Below, one piece after another: positions 19,650-28,888 of a DNA stretch of 64,000 bases. Made by a program: the position numbers and the translations under genes. The stretch covers positions 56,430 through 120,429 of the forward strand of contig OZ243975.1 of NCBI GenBank assembly GCA_965214785.1, in the 5' to 3' direction. How positions within the stretch are numbered: position 1 is the stretch's first letter; each line of letters opens with the position of its first letter. Under the pieces are notes generated by a model. The model ran no database searches, was not told where the DNA came from, and saw only the letters and a program-made list of their open reading frames with translations. Origin of the DNA: Arenicellales bacterium. GTDB taxonomy: Bacteria > Pseudomonadota > Gammaproteobacteria > Arenicellales > JAJDZL01.

Positions 19650-21016
19650 TGACAATGCAAAGCGTAGCGCAATATGCATGCGGCACCAGGTTCGGTGCTG
19701 ATGCGGCCGTGTTGGGTGTGACGACCGATTCTAGAACCACACAACCCGGAGAGTTATTTGTCGCGTTGCGCGGTGAACACTTCGATGGACATGATTATGT
19801 TCAAAGCGCCGAACAAAAAGGTGCTGCAGGTGCCTTGGTTGAACATCGCGGTAACGTCAAACTGCCTCAAGTGGTAGTAGACGACAGTGGCCATGCGTTA
19901 TGTGAACTGGCAAGGCGCTGGCGGGCTGAATTTGACTTGCCTATGGTTGCTGTCACCGGTTCAAATGGCAAGACTACAGTTAAGGAACTTGTCGGAAACA
20001 TGTTGAATTGCCAAGGCAATACACTGGTATCAAAAGGAAATTTCAACAACGAAATCGGACTGCCCTTGTCGCTGCTAAGGCTTCGCGGCGAACATTGCTT
20101 TGCAGTCGTAGAACTTGGCATGAACCAGATCGGTGAAATCTCGAAACTTTCGAATATCACAGCACCTTCGGTTGCAATTATTACAAACGCAGCCCAGGCG
20201 CATCTTCAGTTCATCAAATCAGTAGAGCAAGTGGCAGTGGAAAAAGGCGACATTATTGACGGTCTGGGCGCCAACAGCACTTGTGTACTGAATCGAGATG
20301 ACAGTCATTTTGACTATTGGTCGTCTCGAGCCCGCGGTCTTGCACACACAGTAATCAGTTTTGGCTTGTCGGCCAACGCGGATGTGCACGCGCATTTCGA
20401 ACTTGGTCAGACATCTACGCACCTGGATATATCCACACCGGCCGGTTCAGTTCAGGCAACATTGAATTTACCGGGTGTTCACAACGTAAAAAACGCATTG
20501 GCAGCAACAAGCGCAGCGATCGCGCTAGACATCCCGTTGTCTGCAATCCAAACCGGATTGGAACGTTCGTCTGGTGTCAAAGGACGACTGCAAATGCGTC
20601 GTCACTTGAAAAACGGAACGCTTGTGGATGATACCTACAACGCAAATCCCGCATCTATGGAAGCCGCGATCGAAGTGTTGGCTGCTTTTCCCGGTGACAG
20701 ACGATTGGTCATCGGTGATATGTTCGAGCTCGGCGACCAACAAGTCGAGTTTCACAGGCAGGTCGGTGAAAGTGCGCGACGGCGCGGAATCGGGCGACTA
20801 TATGCGATCGGTGCTTTAAGCGCTGCAGCAGTTGAGAAGTTTGGCATCGGTGCAAAACACTATACACAACACGAACATATTGTTGATGACCTGTTAGGCC
20901 AGATTGATTCGAATACGGTTATTTTGGTCAAAGGTTCACGAGGCATGAAGATGGAACAAATCACAGATGCGCTGTGTGCGTCTGAGTCACAGCTGAAAGG
21001 AGATGCAAGATGCTGA
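19646..21016 (+). CDS. murF: UDP-N-acetylmuramoyl-tripeptide--D-alanyl-D-alanine ligase
   Basis: Contains TGSNGKTT and shows Mur ligase architecture. The start was placed at the ATG at 19646, which forms an ATGA overlap with the murE stop. The track ORF begins at an upstream TTG at 19622. Confidence 0.9.
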   Translation: MMTMQSVAQYACGTRFGADAAVLGVTTDSRTTQPGELFVALRGEHFDGHDYVQSAEQKGAAGALVEHRGNVKLPQVVVDDSGHALCELARRWRAEFDLPMVAVTGSNGKTTVKELVGNMLNCQGNTLVSKGNFNNEIGLPLSLLRLRGEHCFAVVELGMNQIGEISKLSNITAPSVAIITNAAQAHLQFIKSVEQVAVEKGDIIDGLGANSTCVLNRDDSHFDYWSSRARGLAHTVISFGLSANADVHAHFELGQTSTHLDISTPAGSVQATLNLPGVHNVKNALAATSAAIALDIPLSAIQTGLERSSGVKGRLQMRRHLKNGTLVDDTYNANPASMEAAIEVLAAFPGDRRLVIGDMFELGDQQVEFHRQVGESARRRGIGRLYAIGALSAAAVEKFGIGAKHYTQHEHIVDDLLGQIDSNTVILVKGSRGMKMEQITDALCASESQLKGDARC

Positions 21017-22095
21017 CGAGCCTTTTCCTTTCAATGGCAGACGAAATATCGGTATTCAATGTGTTTCGTTACCTGACATTTCGCGGCATACTGGCAGTGT
21101 TCACGGCACTGGGTATGGGTGTTGCGCTATACCCCTACGCCATTGCCAAGCTCAAAGCGCTGTCAATTGGCGAAGTCACGCGAGATGACGATGTGCCAAT
21201 GCATTCTTCAAAAGGAGGCACGCCAACGATGGGTGGTGTGATCATATTGTTTTCAACTGCGGTCGCGACCCTGTTCTGGGCTGATTTGTCGGTAAGGTTT
21301 GTGTGGATTGCGTTGGCTGGGATGATCGCGTTTGGTGTGATCGGGTTTGTCGATGACTACCTGAAACTCAAATCAACGCGTACAAAACGCGGGCTAAGTG
21401 TTCGGGGCAAGCTGGTGGCACAGATTTTGGCAGCGTTGGTGATTGCGCTGGTGCTTTATCAAACAGCGACGACGAGCGCAGAAACCGCTTATCTGCTTCC
21501 GTTTTTCAAGGATGTGTTAATTGATCTGGGGCTGTGGTTTATCCCGTTAACCGTGCTGGTGGCGGTTGCAACTTCCAATTCGGTCAATCTCACTGACGGT
21601 CTCGATGGTCTCGCCATTATGCCGATCGTCCTGGTGGCAGGCGGACTGGGCATATTCAGTTATGCTTCGGGACATGTCATATTTTCCGATTATCTGGCAA
21701 TTCCTTTCATCGAAGGTGCCGGAGAACTTGTGGTTTTCTGCGCATCTGTGGTCGGAGCAGGACTGGCATTTCTAACCTACAACTGTCATCCGGCACAAAT
21801 ATTCATGGGCGACACCGGGTCAATGGCTCTAGGTGCTGCACTGGCACTTGTTGCCGTGATCGTCCGACAGGAAGTGGTGCTGTTTATTATGGGCGGGTTG
21901 TTTGTCATTGAAGCGGTTTCAGTGATCAGCCAGGTCGCTGCGTTCAAGTTATTCGGACGTCGAATCTGGCTGATGAGTCCGATTCATCACCATTTTGAAC
22001 TCAAAGGTTGGCCAGAATCCAGAATTACGGTTCGTTTCTGGATCATTTCCCTGGTGTTGACATTGGCCGGCCTGTCAACATTGAAGATACGTTAA
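21010..22095 (+). CDS. mraY: Phospho-N-acetylmuramoyl-pentapeptide transferase
   Basis: 361 aa polytopic membrane protein with KGGTPTMGG and NSVNLTDGLDGLA. Confidence 0.93.
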   Translation: MLTSLFLSMADEISVFNVFRYLTFRGILAVFTALGMGVALYPYAIAKLKALSIGEVTRDDDVPMHSSKGGTPTMGGVIILFSTAVATLFWADLSVRFVWIALAGMIAFGVIGFVDDYLKLKSTRTKRGLSVRGKLVAQILAALVIALVLYQTATTSAETAYLLPFFKDVLIDLGLWFIPLTVLVAVATSNSVNLTDGLDGLAIMPIVLVAGGLGIFSYASGHVIFSDYLAIPFIEGAGELVVFCASVVGAGLAFLTYNCHPAQIFMGDTGSMALGAALALVAVIVRQEVVLFIMGGLFVIEAVSVISQVAAFKLFGRRIWLMSPIHHHFELKGWPESRITVRFWIISLVLTLAGLSTLKIR

Positions 22096-22099
22096 GTTA

Positions 22100-23485
22100 A
22101 TGCAAGGTGCTGATATGTTAAATAAAACTATTGCAAATGGAACAGCGAAAAGCGCAATTGTAGTGGGGCTCGGACGAAATGCCATTGCCAGTGCAACCTT
22201 CCTGCAGGATGCAGGTTGGGATGTCGAGGCGACAGACATGCGATCAAATCCTCAGCTCGAAGATACTTTCTACTCGGCTTTGCCTTGCGTACCAATACAC
22301 GTTCCACTTGAACCGGAGATCTTCTTGCATGCAGATCTCATCGTGTTGAGTTCGACACCTGCGGTGAACGCTAGAGTTGAAAAAATGGCTAAACAATGCG
22401 ATGTCGAGATACTCAACAGTTTGGATCTCTACTTCCAATGTCGCACTTCGGAGACGATCGCGGTCGCCGGTACCAACGGCAAAAGTACCGTTTCGTCGCT
22501 CGTGGAATCAATCTTGTCCCACCACGCAGTAGATATTGCACTGAGTGCTTCGAATACTATGCCATTCGCAGAATTGCTTAACCAGAACAAAGTGGATGTA
22601 CATTTGCTTGAACTGTCAGCATTTCATATTGAACAGGCCCGCTCAATTGATGCGGATGTCGGTGTGTTGCTCAACGTTTATCCAGAGCATAACGAACGCT
22701 ATGCGGATTTTGATGTGTATGCTCAAATCATGGGACGCTCAGTCATACACGCAAAACGTTCAGTGATCAATCGCGATGATCCGGTGATTTCCAATTTGAA
22801 TTCCAGGACAAAGGTAGTCGATGACTACATCAGTTTCGGCTTGAGTCCGCCGATGCGGCCGACGGATTACGGTCTGGTTGACGACGACGATGGCCGATGG
22901 ATTGTGCGCGGGGACGATCGGCTGGTTAATTTGAACAAATGCACTTTAGTCGGAGCCAATCGAGAAGCGAATCTGCTGGCAGGTTGCGCTGTTGCCGATT
23001 GTGCCGGCTACCCGGTGGATGAAGTCGTAAACGCAGTTGAAAAATTCCCCGGACTGCCATACCGATGCACAGAAGAAGGCAGTTGGAACGGCGTGCGATG
23101 GATTAATGATGCGCGATCCGACAATGTCGGAGCGTCAATCGCAGCTATCGAATCAAGTGCCGAACCGGTTGTGCTGATTACCGGAGGGGTTAACAACGGT
23201 GCCGACTTCACCGAGATTCCACAACGGGTGAACGGGAAGTTGAGAGGCTGTGTGGTTTTTGGCAGAGATCAAATCGATATTGCCCGAAGTTTGGGTGCAG
23301 TCTCAAAACTCGAGCAAGCCGATGATATCTGCCAGGCAATAAAGGCAGCCCAAAGCATTGCCAAAGAAGGAGACCGGGTTGTCTTTTCACCGGGCTGCAC
23401 AAGCTTTGACATGTTTACCGACTACGAACACCGCGGCAAAACCTTCAGTGACGAGCTGCATATACATTTCGATGAATACAACTGA
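22100..23485 (+). CDS. murD: UDP-N-acetylmuramoylalanine--D-glutamate ligase
   Basis: 461 aa. N-terminal Rossmann-like VVGLGRNAIASATFL and GTNGKSTV. Position between mraY and ftsW. Confidence 0.88.
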   Translation: MQGADMLNKTIANGTAKSAIVVGLGRNAIASATFLQDAGWDVEATDMRSNPQLEDTFYSALPCVPIHVPLEPEIFLHADLIVLSSTPAVNARVEKMAKQCDVEILNSLDLYFQCRTSETIAVAGTNGKSTVSSLVESILSHHAVDIALSASNTMPFAELLNQNKVDVHLLELSAFHIEQARSIDADVGVLLNVYPEHNERYADFDVYAQIMGRSVIHAKRSVINRDDPVISNLNSRTKVVDDYISFGLSPPMRPTDYGLVDDDDGRWIVRGDDRLVNLNKCTLVGANREANLLAGCAVADCAGYPVDEVVNAVEKFPGLPYRCTEEGSWNGVRWINDARSDNVGASIAAIESSAEPVVLITGGVNNGADFTEIPQRVNGKLRGCVVFGRDQIDIARSLGAVSKLEQADDICQAIKAAQSIAKEGDRVVFSPGCTSFDMFTDYEHRGKTFSDELHIHFDEYN

Positions 23486-24632
23486 AAACAGTGTTGAATA
23501 CTATGGGGCTGTGAGGCCCATGGTTCCTTATGACCCGATGTTGCTAACGGTATATCTGCTGTTGGTTGGTATCGGTACGATTGCTGTCTACTCGGCGACT
23601 ATCGCGCACGCGTTCGCAGCAGATGACCTGTTTATGTTTTTACGCAGAAATGGCATCAACGTCCTTTTGGCGCTGACCGCATTTTTGTTTATGTCAGTTA
23701 TTCGAGTGGAAGTATGGCAGCGATATTCGTCAATGCTGCTGCTGGCGGGTCTGGTTTTGCTGATCGCTGTGTTGATACCGTCAATCGGTGCGGAAATCAA
23801 CGGCAGCCGTCGCTGGATCAGTGTGGCAGGCAAGTACTTTCAGCCTTCTGAGTTATCTGAGTTTGCACTTTTAATCTTTACCGCGAACTACCTGACGCGA
23901 AATCAACACCGCATACACGACTTTGTCACCGGCATACTGCCGATTGGAATGATTTATCTGATTTTTTCAGCATTGTTGATTCTGGAGCCGGACTTTGGCA
24001 GCGTCGTTGTTTGTGGGGCAACAATATTTGCCATGTTTTATCTAAACGGCGCTGATCTCAAACACCTCGGCGGGATCATGGCAACAGGTGTTGCAGCACT
24101 TGTGGTCCTGATCGTGATTGAACCGTATCGCATGGGTCGGATGACAGCATTTTTAAATCCGTTCGACGATTCATTTGCCAGTGGCTTTCAATTGGTGCAA
24201 TCACTGATTGCATTCGGACGCGGTGAGGTTTTCGGTGTCGGAATCGGTAACAGCGTGCAGAAACTGTTTTATCTGCCTTATGCAGAAAGCGATTTTCTGC
24301 TGGCGATTATTGCTGAAGAATGGGGTTTTGTCGGCATCAGCTGCGTGATTGTGCTTTTTGGAATTCTGATTTGGAGAATCTTCTACATCTCATGGCTTGC
24401 AGGTCAGGCAGGCAATCATTTTGCAATGTGTCTGGCTCAGGGTATCGGTCTGGTCATCGCAATTTCGGCACTGGTCAATATGGGGGTCTGCATGGGTGTG
24501 CTGCCAACAAAAGGACTCACACTGCCGTTTATGAGTGAGGGAGGAACCAGTTTGATTGTTTATTCAGCTGCCATTGGATGTGTGTTTTCCATCCAGCGTC
24601 ACCTGCAATACGATTTGGAGAGCGCAAGATGA
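23472..24632 (+). CDS. ftsW: SEDS-family peptidoglycan glycosyltransferase FtsW
   Basis: Polytopic membrane protein with SEDS blocks PSELSEFALL and LPFMSEGGTSL. The start was set to the ATG at 23472, a 14-nt overlap with murD. The track ORF starts 114 nt further upstream inside murD. Confidence 0.88.
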   Translation: MNTTENSVEYYGAVRPMVPYDPMLLTVYLLLVGIGTIAVYSATIAHAFAADDLFMFLRRNGINVLLALTAFLFMSVIRVEVWQRYSSMLLLAGLVLLIAVLIPSIGAEINGSRRWISVAGKYFQPSELSEFALLIFTANYLTRNQHRIHDFVTGILPIGMIYLIFSALLILEPDFGSVVVCGATIFAMFYLNGADLKHLGGIMATGVAALVVLIVIEPYRMGRMTAFLNPFDDSFASGFQLVQSLIAFGRGEVFGVGIGNSVQKLFYLPYAESDFLLAIIAEEWGFVGISCVIVLFGILIWRIFYISWLAGQAGNHFAMCLAQGIGLVIAISALVNMGVCMGVLPTKGLTLPFMSEGGTSLIVYSAAIGCVFSIQRHLQYDLESAR

Positions 24633-25702
24633 GCCGCGTAATGATAATGGCCGGAGGTACTGGAGGACACATCTATCCTGCGTTGGCGGTAGGCGCTGCA
24701 CTGGAAAACCGCGGTGTCAGCGTGTCGTGGATGGGTTCGGCCGGCGGTATGGAAGACAAACTGGTCACTAATGCGGGATTTCCGTTTGATTCGGTGCGCA
24801 TACAAAAACTGTGGAATTCAAGTCCGGTTCGCTGGCTGACAATGCCGGTTTGGCTAAGCGTGGCGGTAATTCAATGTATTGGCATAATTTTGCGACGCAA
24901 GCCAGACGCGCTGCTTGGCATGGGTGGATATGTCTGCGGACCAGGTGGGATTGCCGGCTACTTGCTGCGTCTTCCGCTGCTCATTCATGAATCGAACGCG
25001 ATTCCCGGTTTTACCAACCGGGTGCTGGCACTGCTTGCTACCCGAGTTCTGACTGGGTTTAAAGATGTTCAAATCGCTGGAAAACCATATTTTACCGGCA
25101 CTCCGGTGAGTCAGGAAATCATCAATGCAGCCAAGCGAAAGCAAAAGCAGCAGCCAACAACCGATGAACCCCTAAGGCTGCTTGTAATCGGCGGCAGTCA
25201 AGGCGCAGCGTCACTCAATTATGCCGTGCCGGCGGCACTCGCCAAGGTGTGCGAACAATGGCGCCCTGTTGTTCACCACCAGTCGGGCATGGGTCAAAGC
25301 GAAGCTGTATCGCAAGCCTATGCATCCAATGAGATTGTTGCCAAAGCTGTAGATTACATCGATGACATGGCACAGGCATACCAGTGGGCAGATATTGTTG
25401 TTGCAAGAGCAGGTGCTATGACGCTTGCCGAAATCTCGACAGTCGGATTGGCTGCCATATTGGTGCCATATCCACATGCAGCACGCAATCACCAGCTGGC
25501 TAATGCGCAAAAAATTACCGGCGATCAAAGCGCAATTCTATGCACCGAAACCGAGGGTTTTGAACACGAGCTGGCCGCTGAACTTGGCCAGTTGCTGCAA
25601 GACCGAAGCAAGATACAACAGATGGCCGCTGCAGTGCGTCAGTCGTCACCTGGCGATGCGACAAGCAAAGTTGTTGAACACTGTGTTGAACTGATGCAGT
25701 GA
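24629..25702 (+). CDS. murG: Undecaprenyldiphospho-muramoylpentapeptide beta-N-acetylglucosaminyltransferase
   Basis: N-terminus reads MIMAGGTGGHIYPALAV, and the C-terminal domain contains ARAGAMTLAEI. ATGA overlap with the ftsW stop. Confidence 0.92.
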   Translation: MSRVMIMAGGTGGHIYPALAVGAALENRGVSVSWMGSAGGMEDKLVTNAGFPFDSVRIQKLWNSSPVRWLTMPVWLSVAVIQCIGIILRRKPDALLGMGGYVCGPGGIAGYLLRLPLLIHESNAIPGFTNRVLALLATRVLTGFKDVQIAGKPYFTGTPVSQEIINAAKRKQKQQPTTDEPLRLLVIGGSQGAASLNYAVPAALAKVCEQWRPVVHHQSGMGQSEAVSQAYASNEIVAKAVDYIDDMAQAYQWADIVVARAGAMTLAEISTVGLAAILVPYPHAARNHQLANAQKITGDQSAILCTETEGFEHELAAELGQLLQDRSKIQQMAAAVRQSSPGDATSKVVEHCVELMQ

Positions 25703-25745
25703 CTGTTGGCACGATGAGTCAGAACAATTGAAAATCGATAAGTTA

Positions 25746-26627
25746 ATGGACGGATTGGCCGGCGAACTGCGACAAGGTGAGCCCATGAGTCGCCACACCA
25801 GTTGGCGCGCCGGTGGCGTTGCCAGTTGGTTCTATACGCCAAAAGGTAAAGATGATTTGAGTGGATTTCTCAAGCGTTTGCCTTCTGGTGTTCCGGTTAC
25901 GTGGTGTGGGCTTGGCAGCAATACGCTGATCCGCGATGGCGGATTCGAAGGTGTTGTGATATCGACCTTAAAAGGTCTGACTGATTTGAGATTGATCGGT
26001 GATAACGCGGTTTACGCGGACGCTGGGGTAACGTGCGCGAAGCTGGCGCGTTTTGCTACCCGCAATTCGCTGTGCGCAGTACAGTTTATGGTTGGCATTC
26101 CCGGTACCGTTGGCGGTGCATTGGCAATGAACGCTGGCTGCTTTGGTCAGGAAACCTGGGATGTTGTACACAGTGTTGATGCGATTAACACACGCGGCGA
26201 AATCAAAACCCTCAACGCCGCTGAGGTTCGTCACGGATATCGATTCGCCAGGCTCGATGATGATCAGTGGTTTACAGGCGCAGAGTTTGTTATGCAGCCC
26301 TGTGACGCCAATGATGCAGAGAACCAAATGAAGGAGTATTTGAGAAAACGATCTGCATCCCAGCCAGTGCAGACAAAAAGCGCAGGCTGTGTGTTTCGCA
26401 ATCCGCCCGGAGATTTCGCTGCGCGGCTGCTTGAAACTGCAGGCTTGAAAAACTATACGGTCGGTGAGGCGCGCGTTTCACCTGTTCACTCGAACTTCAT
26501 TGAAAACCAGGGCAACGCTTCGGCACGGGATATTGAAGAGCTCATCACCCATGCCAAAGAGCGAGTCGAAGCGGTTCACGGCGTGCAGCTGGAACTCGAA
26601 GTGAAGATTATCGGAAACAGGGCTTGA
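25746..26627 (+). CDS. murB: UDP-N-acetylenolpyruvoylglucosamine reductase
   Basis: FAD-binding PCMH domain (RHTSWRAGGVA, GLGSNTLIRDGGFEGVVI) and MurB C-terminal blocks (SAGCVFRNPPGDFAARLLE, RVSPVHSNFIEN). The start is either ATG 25746 or the in-frame TTG at 25728. Confidence 0.88.
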   Translation: MDGLAGELRQGEPMSRHTSWRAGGVASWFYTPKGKDDLSGFLKRLPSGVPVTWCGLGSNTLIRDGGFEGVVISTLKGLTDLRLIGDNAVYADAGVTCAKLARFATRNSLCAVQFMVGIPGTVGGALAMNAGCFGQETWDVVHSVDAINTRGEIKTLNAAEVRHGYRFARLDDDQWFTGAEFVMQPCDANDAENQMKEYLRKRSASQPVQTKSAGCVFRNPPGDFAARLLETAGLKNYTVGEARVSPVHSNFIENQGNASARDIEELITHAKERVEAVHGVQLELEVKIIGNRA

Positions 26628-26631
26628 TGCA

Positions 26632-27507
26632 ATGAACCGACGAGAGGCAATTCAAATCGATAACAATAACGAGCGTTTTCGCAATCGACGCGAGCGCCAA
26701 GCCGAGCAGCCGCCTGGCAAAATATTTCGGGCATCAGGGCTGGCCGTTGTTCTGTGCATCTTGGCGATGACTGGAATTGCGGTGGATTTCGTGTTGCAGC
26801 CTGGTCGATTTCCCATGAAGCACATCACAGTCGAAGGCGATTTGCAAAACGCCCAGCCCAATCAGGTGCGCCAGGCGATTTCGAAAGCGGTGGTGTCAAG
26901 CAATATTTTAAGTATCGATATTGCCAAGGCTGCCGCTGCCGCACAGGAATTGCCTTGGGTGGAAAACGTTCAAATAGAACGACAATGGCCAGACACCTTG
27001 GTGGTTTATGTCAATGAGCGGATAATCCGCTCGCGCTGGAATGATGACCTGTGGCTCGATCAGTTGGGCAATCCGGTCGAACTGGTCGGTTTCCGCGACA
27101 CAAGCCTGCCTCATTTAAAAGGGCAGCCGGGCAGCGAACAACAAGTGCTCGCGCAATACCAAAGTTGGCAGACATTGTTCAAACCGTACGGTTTGAGCAT
27201 CGCCGGACTGAACAAGTCTGGAACAGACAGTTGGGAAATCGTCATTACAGAGATTTCCCGCCTACCCAATGATTCGACAGGTGACAGCGAGCTGCCACCT
27301 GAGAATGCATATTTTTCTTTATATCTCGGCAACGTTCAACCACAGTTGAAAATCGAACGATTTATCGAACTGTACACGGGTTCTTTCAAGCCCGTCAGCA
27401 GTCAAATACGGCGCATTGATATGCGCTATCAGGACGGTATTTCAATTCAGTGGAAAGACGAACAGCCTCAACAGTTCAGCGGATTGATCAAGGAAACAAA
27501 ATCATGA
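26632..27507 (+). CDS. ftsQ: Cell division protein FtsQ
   Basis: 291 aa. Basic N-terminus, one TM helix, and a POTRA-like region (HITVEGDLQNAQPNQVRQAI). Position before ftsA. Confidence 0.82.
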   Translation: MNRREAIQIDNNNERFRNRRERQAEQPPGKIFRASGLAVVLCILAMTGIAVDFVLQPGRFPMKHITVEGDLQNAQPNQVRQAISKAVVSSNILSIDIAKAAAAAQELPWVENVQIERQWPDTLVVYVNERIIRSRWNDDLWLDQLGNPVELVGFRDTSLPHLKGQPGSEQQVLAQYQSWQTLFKPYGLSIAGLNKSGTDSWEIVITEISRLPNDSTGDSELPPENAYFSLYLGNVQPQLKIERFIELYTGSFKPVSSQIRRIDMRYQDGISIQWKDEQPQQFSGLIKETKS

Positions 27508-28853
27508 ATGGGAGTAAACGCATGGCAGTAGCTAAGAATTCCAGCGATCGACTGATCGTTGGACTCGATATCGGTTCATCAAAAGTTACCGTAATCGTAT
27601 GTGAAGTAAACGAAACTGGTGATATCGAGGTCATTGGCGTTAGCGAAAAGCCCAGCCAGGGCATGCAGCGAGGGATGGTTTCGAACATTGGCTTGATGAC
27701 TGAGTCTATTGAACAGGCCGTGATGGAAGCCGAAATGATGTCATCGCGAACGATTGACGAAGTGTATGCCGGAATCACCGGTGTGCACATTCGAAGTTAC
27801 AACTCCTCAGGTGTCGTTGCGATACGCGGTGGCGAAGTGGCACAGGATGACGTCAATCGAGTCATAGAAGGAGCACGGGCGGTAAAAAAATCGAGTGACG
27901 AAACTATTCTTCATGTTTTACCGCAGGCTTTTACCATCGATGATCATCATGGCATTCAAAACCCGATCGGTCTCAACGGTATTCGTCTTGAAGTTAACGT
28001 TCACGTTGTTACTGCCAATACAAGTGCTGTTCAGAACATTACGAAGTGCATCAACATGTGTGAGCTCGAAGTCAAAGACATCTTCTTGGATCATCTTGCA
28101 ACAAGCTACTCGGTTCTAACCGAGGACGAAAAAATGCTTGGTGTTGGAATAATGGACATCGGCGACGATACAACGGATTTGTCAATTTATTGCGACGGTG
28201 CCATGCAATATTCAATGACTTTTCCGATGGCGGGGTCTCAGATTACCAACGATATTGCAGTTGTCGTGCATACACCGACTGAAGCGGCCAAGAAAATCAA
28301 ACATCGGTACGGTTGTGCGCTCGCCAGCGAACTGCCCCAAGACCAGAACATCGATATGCCGTCAATTGGCGATCATGCAGTCAGCGCAATACGGCAAAGG
28401 TATCTGGCCGAGGTGATTGAAGCGAGAACCGAAGAGATATTCAGACAAATTTACAATCATCTGGTCGGAACCGAATACCTGGACATGATGCGTGCTGGAC
28501 TGGTTTTGACCGGCGGCACTTCCAAGCTTAGCAGCATTGATTCACTCGCAGAACGAATGTTTACCACGCCGGTGCGCCTTGGGCTGCCAAATTACGTCGG
28601 CTCTTTACGAGAAATCATCCACCACCCCAGATTTGCTACCGCAATCGGGTTGTGTCAGTTTGGACTTGCAAATGAAAATTCTCAGCTTGCGTATTTTGAA
28701 AACGAAGATTACGACCATACCCCGTCGCTGGTTGCCAAACTGGTCGACAAGATGCGCTTTTTTCAAAAACAACCGGAAATCGCAGCGGCAGTTACAGAAC
28801 CTTCGATTCCTCACCGGGATGAATGGTTCAAGGTGAAAATCAATAACGTTTAA
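27504..28853 (+). CDS. ftsA: Cell division protein FtsA
   Basis: Actin-fold phosphate-1 motif VGLDIGSSKV and the later block GLVLTGGTSKL. The ATG at 27504 forms an ATGA overlap with the ftsQ stop. Confidence 0.92.
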   Translation: MNGSKRMAVAKNSSDRLIVGLDIGSSKVTVIVCEVNETGDIEVIGVSEKPSQGMQRGMVSNIGLMTESIEQAVMEAEMMSSRTIDEVYAGITGVHIRSYNSSGVVAIRGGEVAQDDVNRVIEGARAVKKSSDETILHVLPQAFTIDDHHGIQNPIGLNGIRLEVNVHVVTANTSAVQNITKCINMCELEVKDIFLDHLATSYSVLTEDEKMLGVGIMDIGDDTTDLSIYCDGAMQYSMTFPMAGSQITNDIAVVVHTPTEAAKKIKHRYGCALASELPQDQNIDMPSIGDHAVSAIRQRYLAEVIEARTEEIFRQIYNHLVGTEYLDMMRAGLVLTGGTSKLSSIDSLAERMFTTPVRLGLPNYVGSLREIIHHPRFATAIGLCQFGLANENSQLAYFENEDYDHTPSLVAKLVDKMRFFQKQPEIAAAVTEPSIPHRDEWFKVKINNV

Positions 28854-28888
28854 ACCAAATTAATACTTAAATCCAGAGGGAAATTACA

